64,000 nucleotides of DNA from an uncultured virus (IMG/VR IMGVR_UViG_3300037585_005926) (IMGVR_UViG_3300037585_005926:1-64000); one strand, 5' to 3'. Positions 6,863 through 16,370 are shown, numbered from the stretch's first letter. Made by a program: numbers and translations. The notes: generated by a model from the sequence alone, not told the origin.

Positions 6863-7870
6863 ATGAAGACGTTTTTACTTATGATGTTGTGCGCTATAGC
6901 CTGCCTGCAACCCGACTACGCCATTATAAAGCCCGGAGAAACAGAGACTGTCTATGTTGAAGTACCCTCTGACCCGGTAACGGTAATCCAAGAAGTTGAA
7001 GTTCCGGTGTATATTGAAGTAGAAGTGCCCGCTGAGAATGGTGAGGTGTGGGTAGACTCTTTTACCCAAGTCGGCACCATCGATGGGATTGACATTCTGT
7101 GGGTTATCGATAAGTCTGGATCGATGAACCGATTTGATGCCGCCTTGTTGGCGGGCATTGAAGCGATGATGCTAGCGCTCCCGGCGTCTGATTGGAGATT
7201 GGTAATCATAAGCGCGGATCCAACAGACTCAATTGCAAGTACAGAGTTTCCTTTGGTTCCTGGTGACGATATAACCGATGCAGAGAATATGCTTAATACT
7301 TTGCCCATGGGCCCGTGGGAAGAGGGCTTTAATTCTGTTTATGAATATATAATCAATAATCCATATTCCTCGACGTGGATGCGTCCGGATGCTGGGCTGC
7401 TCGTTGTCTTCGTCTCTGATGAAGAAGAACAAAGTTATGTTGAGTACCCATATGTATCAAATTTCTTAAGTTGGTATTCTGTACAACGCGGAGGGGCCGT
7501 GTTCATGGCCAGTATCGTTAATCAGCCGGCCGACATATCAATGTGTACGTTCCCACCAAGTCCAATTGACGTTGGTGACAGATATATGGAAGCCACATCG
7601 ATACTTGGTGGAATCGCTATTGACATATGTGACGAAGATTGGTCTCCTGGGGTGACAGATGCCACTCATTCGATTGAGCCCTATGAAAGCATCACTTTGA
7701 CTCACACCCCCGTAGTTGATTCCATTAGAGTCTTTATAGACGGCGCCTTGAGCGCCTATGGGTGGACATACTCTGCCACCGACAACACCGTCAAATTCAC
7801 GGTTGTTCCCACTGCCGGGCAACTAGTTGAGGTTGGCTATAGATATATCGAGACAGATACAGGTAGTTGA
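6863..7870 (+). CDS. vWA-domain lipoprotein (myxobacterial type, possibly CglB-like)
   Basis: Lipobox-like AIAC; MIDAS motif DILWVIDKSGSM; LLVVFVSDEEEQS. Confidence 0.8.
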   Translation: MKTFLLMMLCAIACLQPDYAIIKPGETETVYVEVPSDPVTVIQEVEVPVYIEVEVPAENGEVWVDSFTQVGTIDGIDILWVIDKSGSMNRFDAALLAGIEAMMLALPASDWRLVIISADPTDSIASTEFPLVPGDDITDAENMLNTLPMGPWEEGFNSVYEYIINNPYSSTWMRPDAGLLVVFVSDEEEQSYVEYPYVSNFLSWYSVQRGGAVFMASIVNQPADISMCTFPPSPIDVGDRYMEATSILGGIAIDICDEDWSPGVTDATHSIEPYESITLTHTPVVDSIRVFIDGALSAYGWTYSATDNTVKFTVVPTAGQLVEVGYRYIETDTGS

Positions 7871-7890
7871 ATTTAATCCTTGGAGGGATA

Positions 7891-8643
7891 ATGATGAGGT
7901 TTCTACTTTTAATAGCGGCATTTTTGTTAAATTTTAATATTAGTGCAAGTGCCAGCACAGACTCTGATGCCATAATACCGATGCCGATTGAGCAGATTAA
8001 CTCTGCCATGAGTATGGTTCAAAAAAGAGTCCGAGATGCCTCTGTCAGAGTTATGACATCAGGTGGCGGGCACGGAAGCGGCTCTTATATACAATATAAG
8101 GACATGTATTTTATTTTTACGGCTCAGCATGTTAGTGATGGTGTCCGCGGAACCAAATATCAAGTATTGAAAGGAAGTGAAAACCGTTTAGCCACTTTGG
8201 TATGGTCTGACGCCGATGCGGATATGGCTGTGCTGTTGATAGAAAAGAAATTTACAACAATCACCCCCATGAAATGGGATCCCCAAGTACGAATTGCGGA
8301 GGTGGGTACTGACATCACTTATTCTGGGTACCCTTCTAGCCATCAGCTTATGACTTTCGGTGGTACCGTCGCTGGTTATGAAGATAAACAGGGGGTAGGG
8401 CTACAAATCATATTGAACACTTACGGATGGTTCGGCTGTTCCGGCTCTGTGGTTTACTCTCCAAGTGGAGAAATCGTAGGCATTTTATATGGTGTTGACG
8501 TTGAATATTATCCTGGTATGCAGGTTCAAGAAAATTTAGTATGGGTTGTCCCGATTCAGCGTGTATCTATGAAGGTAGTACTTAAGAATGCATGCAGCAT
8601 GGTCTCAAAAATCCCTGCGAGATTACCAAAAGCCTGTAGATGA
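7891..8643 (+). CDS. secreted trypsin-like serine protease
   Basis: Signal peptide; triad motifs TAQH, DMAVL, GCSGS; GGAGG upstream. Confidence 0.85.
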   Translation: MMRFLLLIAAFLLNFNISASASTDSDAIIPMPIEQINSAMSMVQKRVRDASVRVMTSGGGHGSGSYIQYKDMYFIFTAQHVSDGVRGTKYQVLKGSENRLATLVWSDADADMAVLLIEKKFTTITPMKWDPQVRIAEVGTDITYSGYPSSHQLMTFGGTVAGYEDKQGVGLQIILNTYGWFGCSGSVVYSPSGEIVGILYGVDVEYYPGMQVQENLVWVVPIQRVSMKVVLKNACSMVSKIPARLPKACR

Positions 8644-9086
8644 CTTCGAAATGGGATACATACACTGTCTCAAACAGGGAACGGGATGCTGGAATTGTCA
8701 TTTGTATTGATAAAAACAGATTTTTAATCATTCGACGGTCGAATATTGATAAACGCGGTGGACAATGGACCATACCTGGCGGCCATATAGACGAAAAAGA
8801 CCGCAGCGTTGAGTCAGGAGCGATTAGAGAACTAAAAGAAGAGACTAACTTAGAGTGTTTTGTGGAAGATTTAATATACCTAGGTGAACCCAAGCCACAA
8901 AAATATTATTTTTTAGCAAACAGGTGGAGGGGTAAGGTAAATGTTAGCATCCCTAATCCAATTACAGGCGAAATTGAACACGATAGTTACGTGTGGGCCA
9001 CAATTGAAGAGATAAAAGACATAGCTAATAGCGAAATACCGATCTATTTATTGGAGAAAGCTTTGGAAATGTCTAAAAATGAATGA
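8640..9086 (+). CDS. NUDIX hydrolase
   Basis: Nudix box GGHIDEKDRSVESGAIRELKEETNL. Confidence 0.9.
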   Translation: MTSKWDTYTVSNRERDAGIVICIDKNRFLIIRRSNIDKRGGQWTIPGGHIDEKDRSVESGAIRELKEETNLECFVEDLIYLGEPKPQKYYFLANRWRGKVNVSIPNPITGEIEHDSYVWATIEEIKDIANSEIPIYLLEKALEMSKNE

Positions 9087-10035
9087 TCTATACGAATCTC
9101 TTGAAGAAAAGAAGCGCAAATTAACTAAAAAACCAAGTTCAGAGAAGAATTTGGGTGATTGGTTTAAGCGCAAAGGCGCCCCTGGTAAAAAAGGCGGCTG
9201 GATTGACTGTAATACTTGCCGTGATGGGAAGTGTAAACCTTGCGGACGTTCTGACGGCGAGACAAGATCAAAAAAACCACGATGTAGACCTACCCCAGGT
9301 GCTTGCAAAGGATTTAAAAATGAGGAATTGTATATGAATTTAGAGAAGATTATCCGTGAAGAGTTAGAAGCTGTTATAGCCGAGTCCCACTCGAAAGAAC
9401 ACGAAGAAGAACTCAAGACAATCGTAGGAGAACTTGAGGGCGCGTCAAAGATGCATGCCAGTCAAGCTGCCAGAATACAGAAGATTCTTGACGAGACAGA
9501 CGATGATGAGTTAAAAGAGGGCAAAAAGAACTGTGGCTGTGGCCAAGATCCTTGTAAAACATATGGTGTGCAAGAAAACACTGACCTTAAAACTCTTGAT
9601 GAAGAGGAAGGAAAAAAAGACGCATGCTACCACAAAGTAAAAGCGAACTCAAAAGAGTGGCCTTCTGCCTATGCATCTGGTAGGTTGGTTCAATGTCGCA
9701 AGGCTGGAGCCGAAAACTGGGGTAATTCTAAGAAAGAGTCTTTACGAATGATGATTGAAGACGAATTGGTTCAAGTTTTAGCTGAAAAAGCTAAAAAAGC
9801 GTGTAAACCCTCCAAAGGAAAACGCTTTGCTAAGCGTGTAGACGGCAAATGTCGCTCTTATGGGCAGAAAGGACAAGCAAAAGGCGGCGGTGACCGCATT
9901 AGACCCGGCACAAAGAAGGGTGATGCTTACTGTGCGCGCTCCGCGAAGATTAAAAAGTGTAAAAACCCCCCATGTGCCAATGCATTATCCCGTAAAAAGT
10001 GGAAATGCCGTGGTTCCAAATCAATGAAGGAATAA
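9079..10035 (+). CDS. modular Cys/Lys-rich phage protein, probably head-associated
   Basis: Several Cys-rich basic modules (DACYHKVK..WPSAYASG..VQCRK; DAYCARS..KKWKC) separated by acidic I/LxEE linkers. Confidence 0.7.
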   Translation: MNDLYESLEEKKRKLTKKPSSEKNLGDWFKRKGAPGKKGGWIDCNTCRDGKCKPCGRSDGETRSKKPRCRPTPGACKGFKNEELYMNLEKIIREELEAVIAESHSKEHEEELKTIVGELEGASKMHASQAARIQKILDETDDDELKEGKKNCGCGQDPCKTYGVQENTDLKTLDEEEGKKDACYHKVKANSKEWPSAYASGRLVQCRKAGAENWGNSKKESLRMMIEDELVQVLAEKAKKACKPSKGKRFAKRVDGKCRSYGQKGQAKGGGDRIRPGTKKGDAYCARSAKIKKCKNPPCANALSRKKWKCRGSKSMKE

Positions 10036-10040
10036 AAACT

Positions 10041-10142
10041 ATGTTTTTTATGGTAAAATATGAAAAATGCCCCAATTGTGGTATGCCATTGACAGATGAA
10101 ATGATCTGTGAATATTGTGAATGGACAAAAAATGATAAATGA
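10041..10142 (+). CDS. 33-aa micro zinc-ribbon protein
   Basis: MFFMVKYEKCPNCGMPLTDEMICEYCEWTKNDK, two CxxC pairs; AAGGA upstream. Confidence 0.5.
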   Translation: MFFMVKYEKCPNCGMPLTDEMICEYCEWTKNDK

Positions 10143-12510
10143 TGAAGAAATCCTGTTAAAAACAGCAAAATTGCTAGAAAATTTGGATATTTCCAGCAAA
10201 AAACCCGAAAAAGTGCTCCGAGAAGTCACCGAAGACGAGATGAGAGTACTAGAAGACGTCTTGGAGGACTTAGATCCAGCTAATTTGCCCCTAAATGACC
10301 TTTTCAGTGGTAAAATGCGCGCTGTTATACCATTTCCAACCACTGATCCGTCTACAGAGCTTGGAAAGTTCGCAAAATTTTTCAGATCTCAAGAATATGA
10401 CGTAGATTGGGAGAAAGGCATGGTGTATGCCGAGCGAGATTTACGCACAGCCAGCGATATCTTCAATACTTTGGGTGATCAGCCCGTCAAGAAGAAAACC
10501 AAGAAAATTCAGATGAAAATTGGCAAGCTTTTCTCTAAATTGACTGATTTAAGTCGAAGAAGAGACGTATTATACCAAAAAGTCTATGACCACTTGGCTG
10601 CTATTGATTATAAAGGACCAAATGGCAGACCAGCCAATCGTCCATACGATGCTACAAAGCAATTGCGCAAAGCTGCACTCGATGAGAAGGAATTAGAGAA
10701 TTTCGACAGGATTACTGGCCAAATTTACTTATATATCGTAAATCCGGGCGTTGCAGGGCCTGCAGGTTACGACTTAACCGATTTAGCCACTCAATACGGC
10801 GAATATTGGAAAAAGAACGCCGGATATATCAAAAAAGAGATAAATAACATCGATAATGACAAATTTTCCATTATTATCACTCGACATCCAATAGATGTGC
10901 TCAGAATGAGCGATTTTGACGAGATTACCTCTTGTCACACTCCACCTAGCCGTGCAAGTGCCTATCAATCGTACTATAAGTGCGCTGTAGCCGAGGCTCA
11001 AGGGCATGGGGCGGTTGCCTATGTGGTGGAGACAGAAGAACTGCTTACAAACACAAATACGGGCAATATAGACAGTGCAGAGCAAGAAATCCAAGAAGGT
11101 GAGATATTTGCCGACAATGCAAGATATGGAGGCGCTGGATTTGATATTGAGCCAGTTTCTAGAATTCGTGTCCGTCATGTTAGATATTATGAAGGTGATG
11201 AGCCTCCAAAGCGTTGGGACGATGGACAAGATGTTGGGATGCCGGAGAAAAAAATCTATGGTGCTGATATTCCCGGCTTAACTAATCAAGTTACTGATTG
11301 GGCAAGATCAAACCAAGAAGAAGTCATCCAAAACATGCCTAAAGAGGGTGATAAGATTGATTTAAGTAAATTTATAATTTTTGGTGGTTCTTATGAAGAT
11401 ACTGCTGACGCATCAGGCAGAGCTATTTTGATGAAGCAGTTGCTGGGTGACAAAAATATTGAATTTGCTGGTGCAATGCGCCAGAACAAAGACACCGAAA
11501 ATAATCTAGATGCAAATTTAATCGGTGATATAAAAGCAATGATGGAAGGCGAATGTGAAGATGTGACAAATTATTGGATGGAAAGATATGCTCAGACATT
11601 TCTTGATTATGAAGTGCTCGAAGACGGCGCCGATAGCGTTTATATTAAACCCACTGCTCAATTTGTTGCTAGATGGCCAATTGATGAGTGGATAAGACTG
11701 CCGAGCAATGCAGAAGAAGTTGTGTGGAACTCTGTTGATGAATTAAATGAACGAAACGGCTATGGTGATATATTTGTGCCTTCGAAACACGATACTCCCA
11801 CAATCCGCAGGATCCGCGAAGAAATACACTTATCTATTCCTATTAACTTTGAGCATCCTGAGATTTATGGTGGGAAGTACATGGTCATGTCATCCGAACT
11901 TAATGACGCCGGGCAAAATATTGATACTAAGATCGATGATGCTCGTGATGCTTGGGAAGAGATTCTTACACAGTACTTCAAGCGAGAAGGACAGATGGAG
12001 GGTGGTGCCTATATTAAACTAGCCAGAGAAATTGAAGATGGTGAGGTCTCATCTTACGAGTGGGATGTTGAGACTGACGGCGATTATGACGACTCATACG
12101 AATCTACCGCACGATACTCTCACTATTACGATCCAGAAGATTTAGGATTAGGTATGGAAGTGCTTATGAAGATTCTTGATTCTCGCGACTTTAAAATTGA
12201 ATTGAGAAAACAACTCTTAGATGCGCCAAGAAAAGAAGAGAACACACAATATTACTTACAAATGAACGCCACAACAGTGGAACACGCTGGAGAGGCTAAA
12301 TATACCGCTATATTCTCGATTAACGCCGATGAACCCAATATTATGGTTGGGTTATTCAAAGAGCTTGTAGAGGGCGAGATGGACGACGAAGACAACCTTA
12401 ACGTGGTGTTCAACAGAGTGTTGGCTCAGTTTGTCAATTCTCGCCAACCATCGCATATGCAAACAAACGAAAGTATAGTTAAAACTTGGAAAGGATTTTT
12501 AGGAAGATGA
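10132..12510 (+). CDS. large acidic hypothetical protein, probably virion-associated
   Basis: ~790-aa ORF; IIITRHPIDVLRMSDF..SCH conserved-looking core; C-terminal NESIVKTWKGFL. Confidence 0.75.
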   Translation: MINDEEILLKTAKLLENLDISSKKPEKVLREVTEDEMRVLEDVLEDLDPANLPLNDLFSGKMRAVIPFPTTDPSTELGKFAKFFRSQEYDVDWEKGMVYAERDLRTASDIFNTLGDQPVKKKTKKIQMKIGKLFSKLTDLSRRRDVLYQKVYDHLAAIDYKGPNGRPANRPYDATKQLRKAALDEKELENFDRITGQIYLYIVNPGVAGPAGYDLTDLATQYGEYWKKNAGYIKKEINNIDNDKFSIIITRHPIDVLRMSDFDEITSCHTPPSRASAYQSYYKCAVAEAQGHGAVAYVVETEELLTNTNTGNIDSAEQEIQEGEIFADNARYGGAGFDIEPVSRIRVRHVRYYEGDEPPKRWDDGQDVGMPEKKIYGADIPGLTNQVTDWARSNQEEVIQNMPKEGDKIDLSKFIIFGGSYEDTADASGRAILMKQLLGDKNIEFAGAMRQNKDTENNLDANLIGDIKAMMEGECEDVTNYWMERYAQTFLDYEVLEDGADSVYIKPTAQFVARWPIDEWIRLPSNAEEVVWNSVDELNERNGYGDIFVPSKHDTPTIRRIREEIHLSIPINFEHPEIYGGKYMVMSSELNDAGQNIDTKIDDARDAWEEILTQYFKREGQMEGGAYIKLAREIEDGEVSSYEWDVETDGDYDDSYESTARYSHYYDPEDLGLGMEVLMKILDSRDFKIELRKQLLDAPRKEENTQYYLQMNATTVEHAGEAKYTAIFSINADEPNIMVGLFKELVEGEMDDEDNLNVVFNRVLAQFVNSRQPSHMQTNESIVKTWKGFLGR

Positions 12511-12749
12511 GTAAATACCTACAAGATCCTGATTACCTTTTTAGTCTTCTTACGATTCTTGTTAAAAAAAATGGTGGCCAGATAACATTAACTGAAGAAG
12601 AAATAGCGAATGTCTCCAAGGGAGATTTAATCGGCATGTACTTCGAACCCAAAACAGGTAGTGTCATTCTTAAAGAAGTGGACCCCCAAGATATGCTTCG
12701 GGCCAAGACGCTTATTGGTGATAAAACTGACGAGACCTACGATAACTAA
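12507..12749 (+). CDS. hypothetical protein
   Basis: ATGA overlap with the upstream gene, AGGA upstream. Confidence 0.65.
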   Translation: MSKYLQDPDYLFSLLTILVKKNGGQITLTEEEIANVSKGDLIGMYFEPKTGSVILKEVDPQDMLRAKTLIGDKTDETYDN

Positions 12750-12777
12750 ACTACTTATTTGATGAGGAATATATAAA

Positions 12778-13023
12778 ATGAAGTATATAATAATCTTTCT
12801 ACTCTCCGGTGTTGCATATGCCGACGATAAAAAAGAAGAGCCCAAAGTTGTCTACAAACAACGAACAGAAATCGATTTTGAAGGTGTTGAAATTGATGGT
12901 GAGTTAGTAAAACCACAAGGATCCTTGCTTTTAGAGCGAAAACATGCTAAATTTAATCCTATGATTAAGCTACGCACGGACTTTGACGATGAAATGGACA
13001 AATCGGTGAATGAAATAAAATGA
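12778..13023 (+). CDS. CglF/GltF-like adventurous gliding motility protein homologue
   Basis: Signal peptide, then KVVYKQRTEIDFEGVEIDGELVKPQG...FNPMIKLRTDFDDEMDKS, matching from memory the IDF..IEGEL.KP.G...F..LI..R..F..E...S pattern of myxobacterial CglF. Confidence 0.7.
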   Translation: MKYIIIFLLSGVAYADDKKEEPKVVYKQRTEIDFEGVEIDGELVKPQGSLLLERKHAKFNPMIKLRTDFDDEMDKSVNEIK

Positions 13024-13046
13024 AACTCCTACTTGAAAATTGGCGA
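13019..13046 (+). repeat. 28-bp direct repeat, left copy
   Basis: AATGAAACTCCTACTTGAAAATTGGCGA, identical at 14371-14398. Confidence 0.95.
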
Positions 13047-13055
13047 TGGATGTAA

Positions 13056-14372
13056 ATGTTAACTATAGAACAGATAAGGCGCAAACAAGAAAAGTTGAAA
13101 AGGAAGTGGGCAAAAGAAGCCGAACTAGAAGATGAGAAAGAGGCCCAGCGTGTTGCTAAATTAGAAGCTGAACTTCGCGAGCAAGAAGAAATCACAACAC
13201 AGAAAAGACTTCTCACGGAGCAGCGCGAAGACGAACGCCTTCGTCAGAAACACATCCAAAGAAAACAAAAAATAGCAGACCAAAAATGGGATAAACAGTT
13301 TGATGTCTTGATGACTCAGATAAAGAATCGGCGCCAAAAGGATGATGAGCTTGAAGAAATAAGAAATATAATCCAAAATCGTGAACCCACCCTTCAGGAG
13401 CTTGATTGGGAGAGTTGGCTGGCTGTTCCCCTTAATCTAAGGCTCGCTGAATTAGATTTTGAGCGGGCGATGGAAATGTTTAAGCGCGATAACCTGATTG
13501 TAAAACGGCGTAGGGGAACGGGCGGAAGGAGAAAATCTACACGTGACGTAAATTATGTCTTAACATTTACAGGCGATACGGCTGCTGGTGCAAGATTAGA
13601 TTATGTATCAACTACGTTCAATCCTGATTCATATGATGGGGAAGGAACTGGACTTAATCGTGGATTTACTGTTTCTTATTGGGTTAAGCCACTTGAAACA
13701 ACTGGTGATGTCTTTTTTGCTTTTGGTAAAAGGTCTCAAAGTGATGGTAGATTTGAATTTGGTATTAAAAATCAAAATAAGATTAAGGTTGGTATTGGTG
13801 CAGCAGATAAAGATAACAATGATGGGTCTATCGGATTTGAAGTAGGTACTTGGTATAATTTTGTAGTAACATATGGTGGCGATGATCATGGAACCATCGG
13901 TGGTGATAGACAAGTAAGGGTATATTTAAATGGAACTGAAATATTAAAAACTGGAGCTTCTGGTGGTGGCATGGGGACAGCCAATTGGATTCCGGGTAAA
14001 CAGAATTGTGCTGTTGGCTGTGATGATCCCGTTAATGCTGCAAGCTATCTTTACTTCGGAGGTCGTAGTGCTTATCAAGATCTTGATAATCCATATAATC
14101 AGGGTTGGGCTTGTAGTCTTAGTGAAGTAGCTATCTATAATACAGAAATTGATGAAGATGGTACTTTTGCTAACGAAGTATATAATGGTGGAACTAATTA
14201 CGACCATAGTGACAATAGTGGTCTTGTAGGATATTGGAAATTTAATGAAGGCAAAGGAAATACTGTAAAAGATTATGGTCCTTATGGAAAAGACGGAACA
14301 CTAACTTCAGATGCAGACGGAGGATCAGGTATTCCAACTTGGGAAAAACGACCAAAAGGATACGGACAATAA
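13056..14372 (+). CDS. coiled-coil plus LamG/concanavalin-A-like domain protein
   Basis: Charged helical N-terminal half; FTVSYWVK, WYNFVVTY, VYLNG, LSEVAIYN, GLVGYWKFNEG motifs. Confidence 0.85.
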   Translation: MLTIEQIRRKQEKLKRKWAKEAELEDEKEAQRVAKLEAELREQEEITTQKRLLTEQREDERLRQKHIQRKQKIADQKWDKQFDVLMTQIKNRRQKDDELEEIRNIIQNREPTLQELDWESWLAVPLNLRLAELDFERAMEMFKRDNLIVKRRRGTGGRRKSTRDVNYVLTFTGDTAAGARLDYVSTTFNPDSYDGEGTGLNRGFTVSYWVKPLETTGDVFFAFGKRSQSDGRFEFGIKNQNKIKVGIGAADKDNNDGSIGFEVGTWYNFVVTYGGDDHGTIGGDRQVRVYLNGTEILKTGASGGGMGTANWIPGKQNCAVGCDDPVNAASYLYFGGRSAYQDLDNPYNQGWACSLSEVAIYNTEIDEDGTFANEVYNGGTNYDHSDNSGLVGYWKFNEGKGNTVKDYGPYGKDGTLTSDADGGSGIPTWEKRPKGYGQ

Positions 14373-14398
14373 TGAAACTCCTACTTGAAAATTGGCGA
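14371..14398 (+). repeat. 28-bp direct repeat, right copy
   Basis: Identical to 13019-13046; forms the start of the HAD gene. Confidence 0.95.
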
Positions 14399-14959
14399 GA
14401 GTACATAAACGAATCAAAACTCCGTGTGTTTGACTTTGACGACACAATTGCGAAATCAGATTCCAACATTTATATTACCACCGACACAGGTGAGAAGATT
14501 ACGATGACGCCGACAGAGTATGCTACCCACAAAGTTAACCCAGACTATGAATACAATTTTTCTGAGTTTGATGAAGTTATCAATCCGAGAGAAATTAAAC
14601 AAATCACAAATATTGTTCGCAATGCACTCAATGCTGGGACTGAAGGCAGAGAAATTGCCATCCTGACTGCCCGGGCAAGAGAAGCAGAAGGTCCAATACG
14701 TGATTATCTTGAAAGCATAGGCCTAGACACTTCAAAAATTACGTTTGAGCTTTTAGGCAGTTCAGATCCTGCTGATAAGGCTGCATGGATAGCCAACCGA
14801 ATCGAAAACGGTGCAACAGACGTTTTGTTTTTTGATGACTCTGGTAAAAACGTTGATGCTGTTGAAGCTCTCTCCGATCGCTATCCGGAGATTAAAATTA
14901 GGGCTAGAAAAGTAAAATACGCGGAAGATATTGCGGAAAATATAGTCCAAGAAAATTAA
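14372..14959 (+). CDS. HAD-superfamily phosphatase
   Basis: VFDFDDT (motif I), ILTAR (II), K (III), FFDDS (IV); N-terminal MKLLLENWREYINE. Confidence 0.85.
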   Translation: MKLLLENWREYINESKLRVFDFDDTIAKSDSNIYITTDTGEKITMTPTEYATHKVNPDYEYNFSEFDEVINPREIKQITNIVRNALNAGTEGREIAILTARAREAEGPIRDYLESIGLDTSKITFELLGSSDPADKAAWIANRIENGATDVLFFDDSGKNVDAVEALSDRYPEIKIRARKVKYAEDIAENIVQEN

Positions 14960-14982
14960 TATAAATTTGTAAGCTTTCAAAG

Positions 14983-14990
14983 ACTATTTA
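14983..14990 (+). promoter_or_regulatory. putative late promoter
   Basis: ACTATTTA upstream of GGAG and ATG 15008. Confidence 0.5.
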
Positions 14991-15007
14991 AATATGGAGA
15001 ATATGTT

Positions 15008-15334
15008 ATGCAAAATAGCAACCAGGGATGGGAAACTTATTCAAAGTTAGTTTTACAGCAATTAGAAACGATGGCTACAGGGATCGACAGCCTACGTACT
15101 GAATTGCAAGATGTAAAGAGCCAGCTTACAGAATTGAAAGCCAAAGAAGATCGAGTTCAAGATATTAAAGCATGGAAAGAAAAAATTGATGAAGTAGCTT
15201 CACCAACTCAACTGCAAATAAAGTTTGAAGAAATTGAAGAGTTAAAAGAATTTAAAACAAAAGCCATAACCGCCTTTATGGTAGTGCAGGCATTTATGGG
15301 AATTGCCGTGGCAATTGCCCTAGAAATATTTTAA
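15008..15334 (+). CDS. coiled-coil protein with C-terminal membrane anchor (possibly lysis-related)
   Basis: Heptad-rich body and hydrophobic C-terminus. Confidence 0.6.
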   Translation: MQNSNQGWETYSKLVLQQLETMATGIDSLRTELQDVKSQLTELKAKEDRVQDIKAWKEKIDEVASPTQLQIKFEEIEELKEFKTKAITAFMVVQAFMGIAVAIALEIF

Positions 15335-15423
15335 TTTTTTGTCAGATTAACAAGAATATTACAATATTGTACACGGTCCAGCGATTAGAAAAAAAACAAG
15401 TAGATGGCAGCCTAGTTACTTTA

Positions 15424-15714
15424 ATGGCGCGTGATCTCGAATTGATAAAACAAACTGCTGCTCAGATTATGAGACAGATAAAAGGTATGACTGACGAAGA
15501 TGACATACTTCTGCCTGAATATGGCATCACTGGCCCGGGTATTCTATATTGTTATGAATATGGTACGCGTGCATATATCAAAATAGACCGCGGCCAGAAG
15601 GCATATATGCTTGATGAGAATCCCAATCATTTAAATAGGGTTTTAATTTACACAAGTTGTGGTAAACTAGTAGAGATTGATTTTGATGAGTTAATTTGCA
15701 CGGAGTTTGATTGA
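15424..15714 (+). CDS. hypothetical protein
   Basis: ATG 5 nt after CCTAGTTA. Confidence 0.65.
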   Translation: MARDLELIKQTAAQIMRQIKGMTDEDDILLPEYGITGPGILYCYEYGTRAYIKIDRGQKAYMLDENPNHLNRVLIYTSCGKLVEIDFDELICTEFD

Positions 15715-15866
15715 TGCTTTTTAAATTTAATAAATTTTGGAAAACGTTATTATCCTTAATAGCTGTCTTGTTTATATACAACTTTTTTGGATTTGAAATG
15801 ACTGTTATTTCACTACTTACTCTATTGGTTGTAAACAAAACCGAAAACACTTCCCATTTGCTCTAG
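15714..15866 (+). CDS. 50-aa membrane protein
   Basis: MLFKFNKFWKTLLSLIAVLFIYNFFGFEMTVISLLTLLVV...; TGATG overlap. Confidence 0.6.
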   Translation: MLFKFNKFWKTLLSLIAVLFIYNFFGFEMTVISLLTLLVVNKTENTSHLL

Positions 15867-15894
15867 GAAATTTAAAAAATAGCCTATATATGGT

Positions 15895-16062
15895 GTGGAA
15901 GGTAAAAAGAAGACATTTATTGTGCGCAAGCACAACCCGTCGAATAATAAGGTCTCGGACGTAGGACCATTTCATAGCGAAAAAGACGCACAAGAGGCGG
16001 CCAATCTTTTTCTCAAGAAGGGTGTATGTTCGTGGATCGTACGCTATTATGACTATAAGTGA
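15895..16062 (+). CDS. 55-aa hypothetical protein
   Basis: GTG start 4 nt after CCTATATA; ...VGPFHSEKDAQEAA... Confidence 0.55.
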   Translation: MEGKKKTFIVRKHNPSNNKVSDVGPFHSEKDAQEAANLFLKKGVCSWIVRYYDYK

Positions 16063-16300
16063 CAAAAAAAAGTTCGGAGAACTGACTGGTGAGAATTTTG
16101 AAATTGGGGATATCGTTGAGTGGACCACCTGGAGTGAACAATACAATGACTGGGTTCCACAATATGGTGTGCTGCTAAGCATTGAAAACCAAATCAAGGC
16201 AAATAGAATAATTTCTGTATCTAAAGTCAAGCCGATTAACGAGCAACACGCCGAGCTAGAGTTCTTCACTTTAACACTTAAATTGGTCAATAAACTATAG
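16049..16300 (+). CDS. VGDLV-family small protein
   Basis: FEIGDIVEW...YGVLLS. Confidence 0.65.
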   Translation: MTISDKKKFGELTGENFEIGDIVEWTTWSEQYNDWVPQYGVLLSIENQIKANRIISVSKVKPINEQHAELEFFTLTLKLVNKL

Positions 16301-16370
16301 ATTTACGGTTTAACCCACCATTAAGAGAAATAAAAACTAATTACATTGTATTTTACTTGGATGTTTGTTA

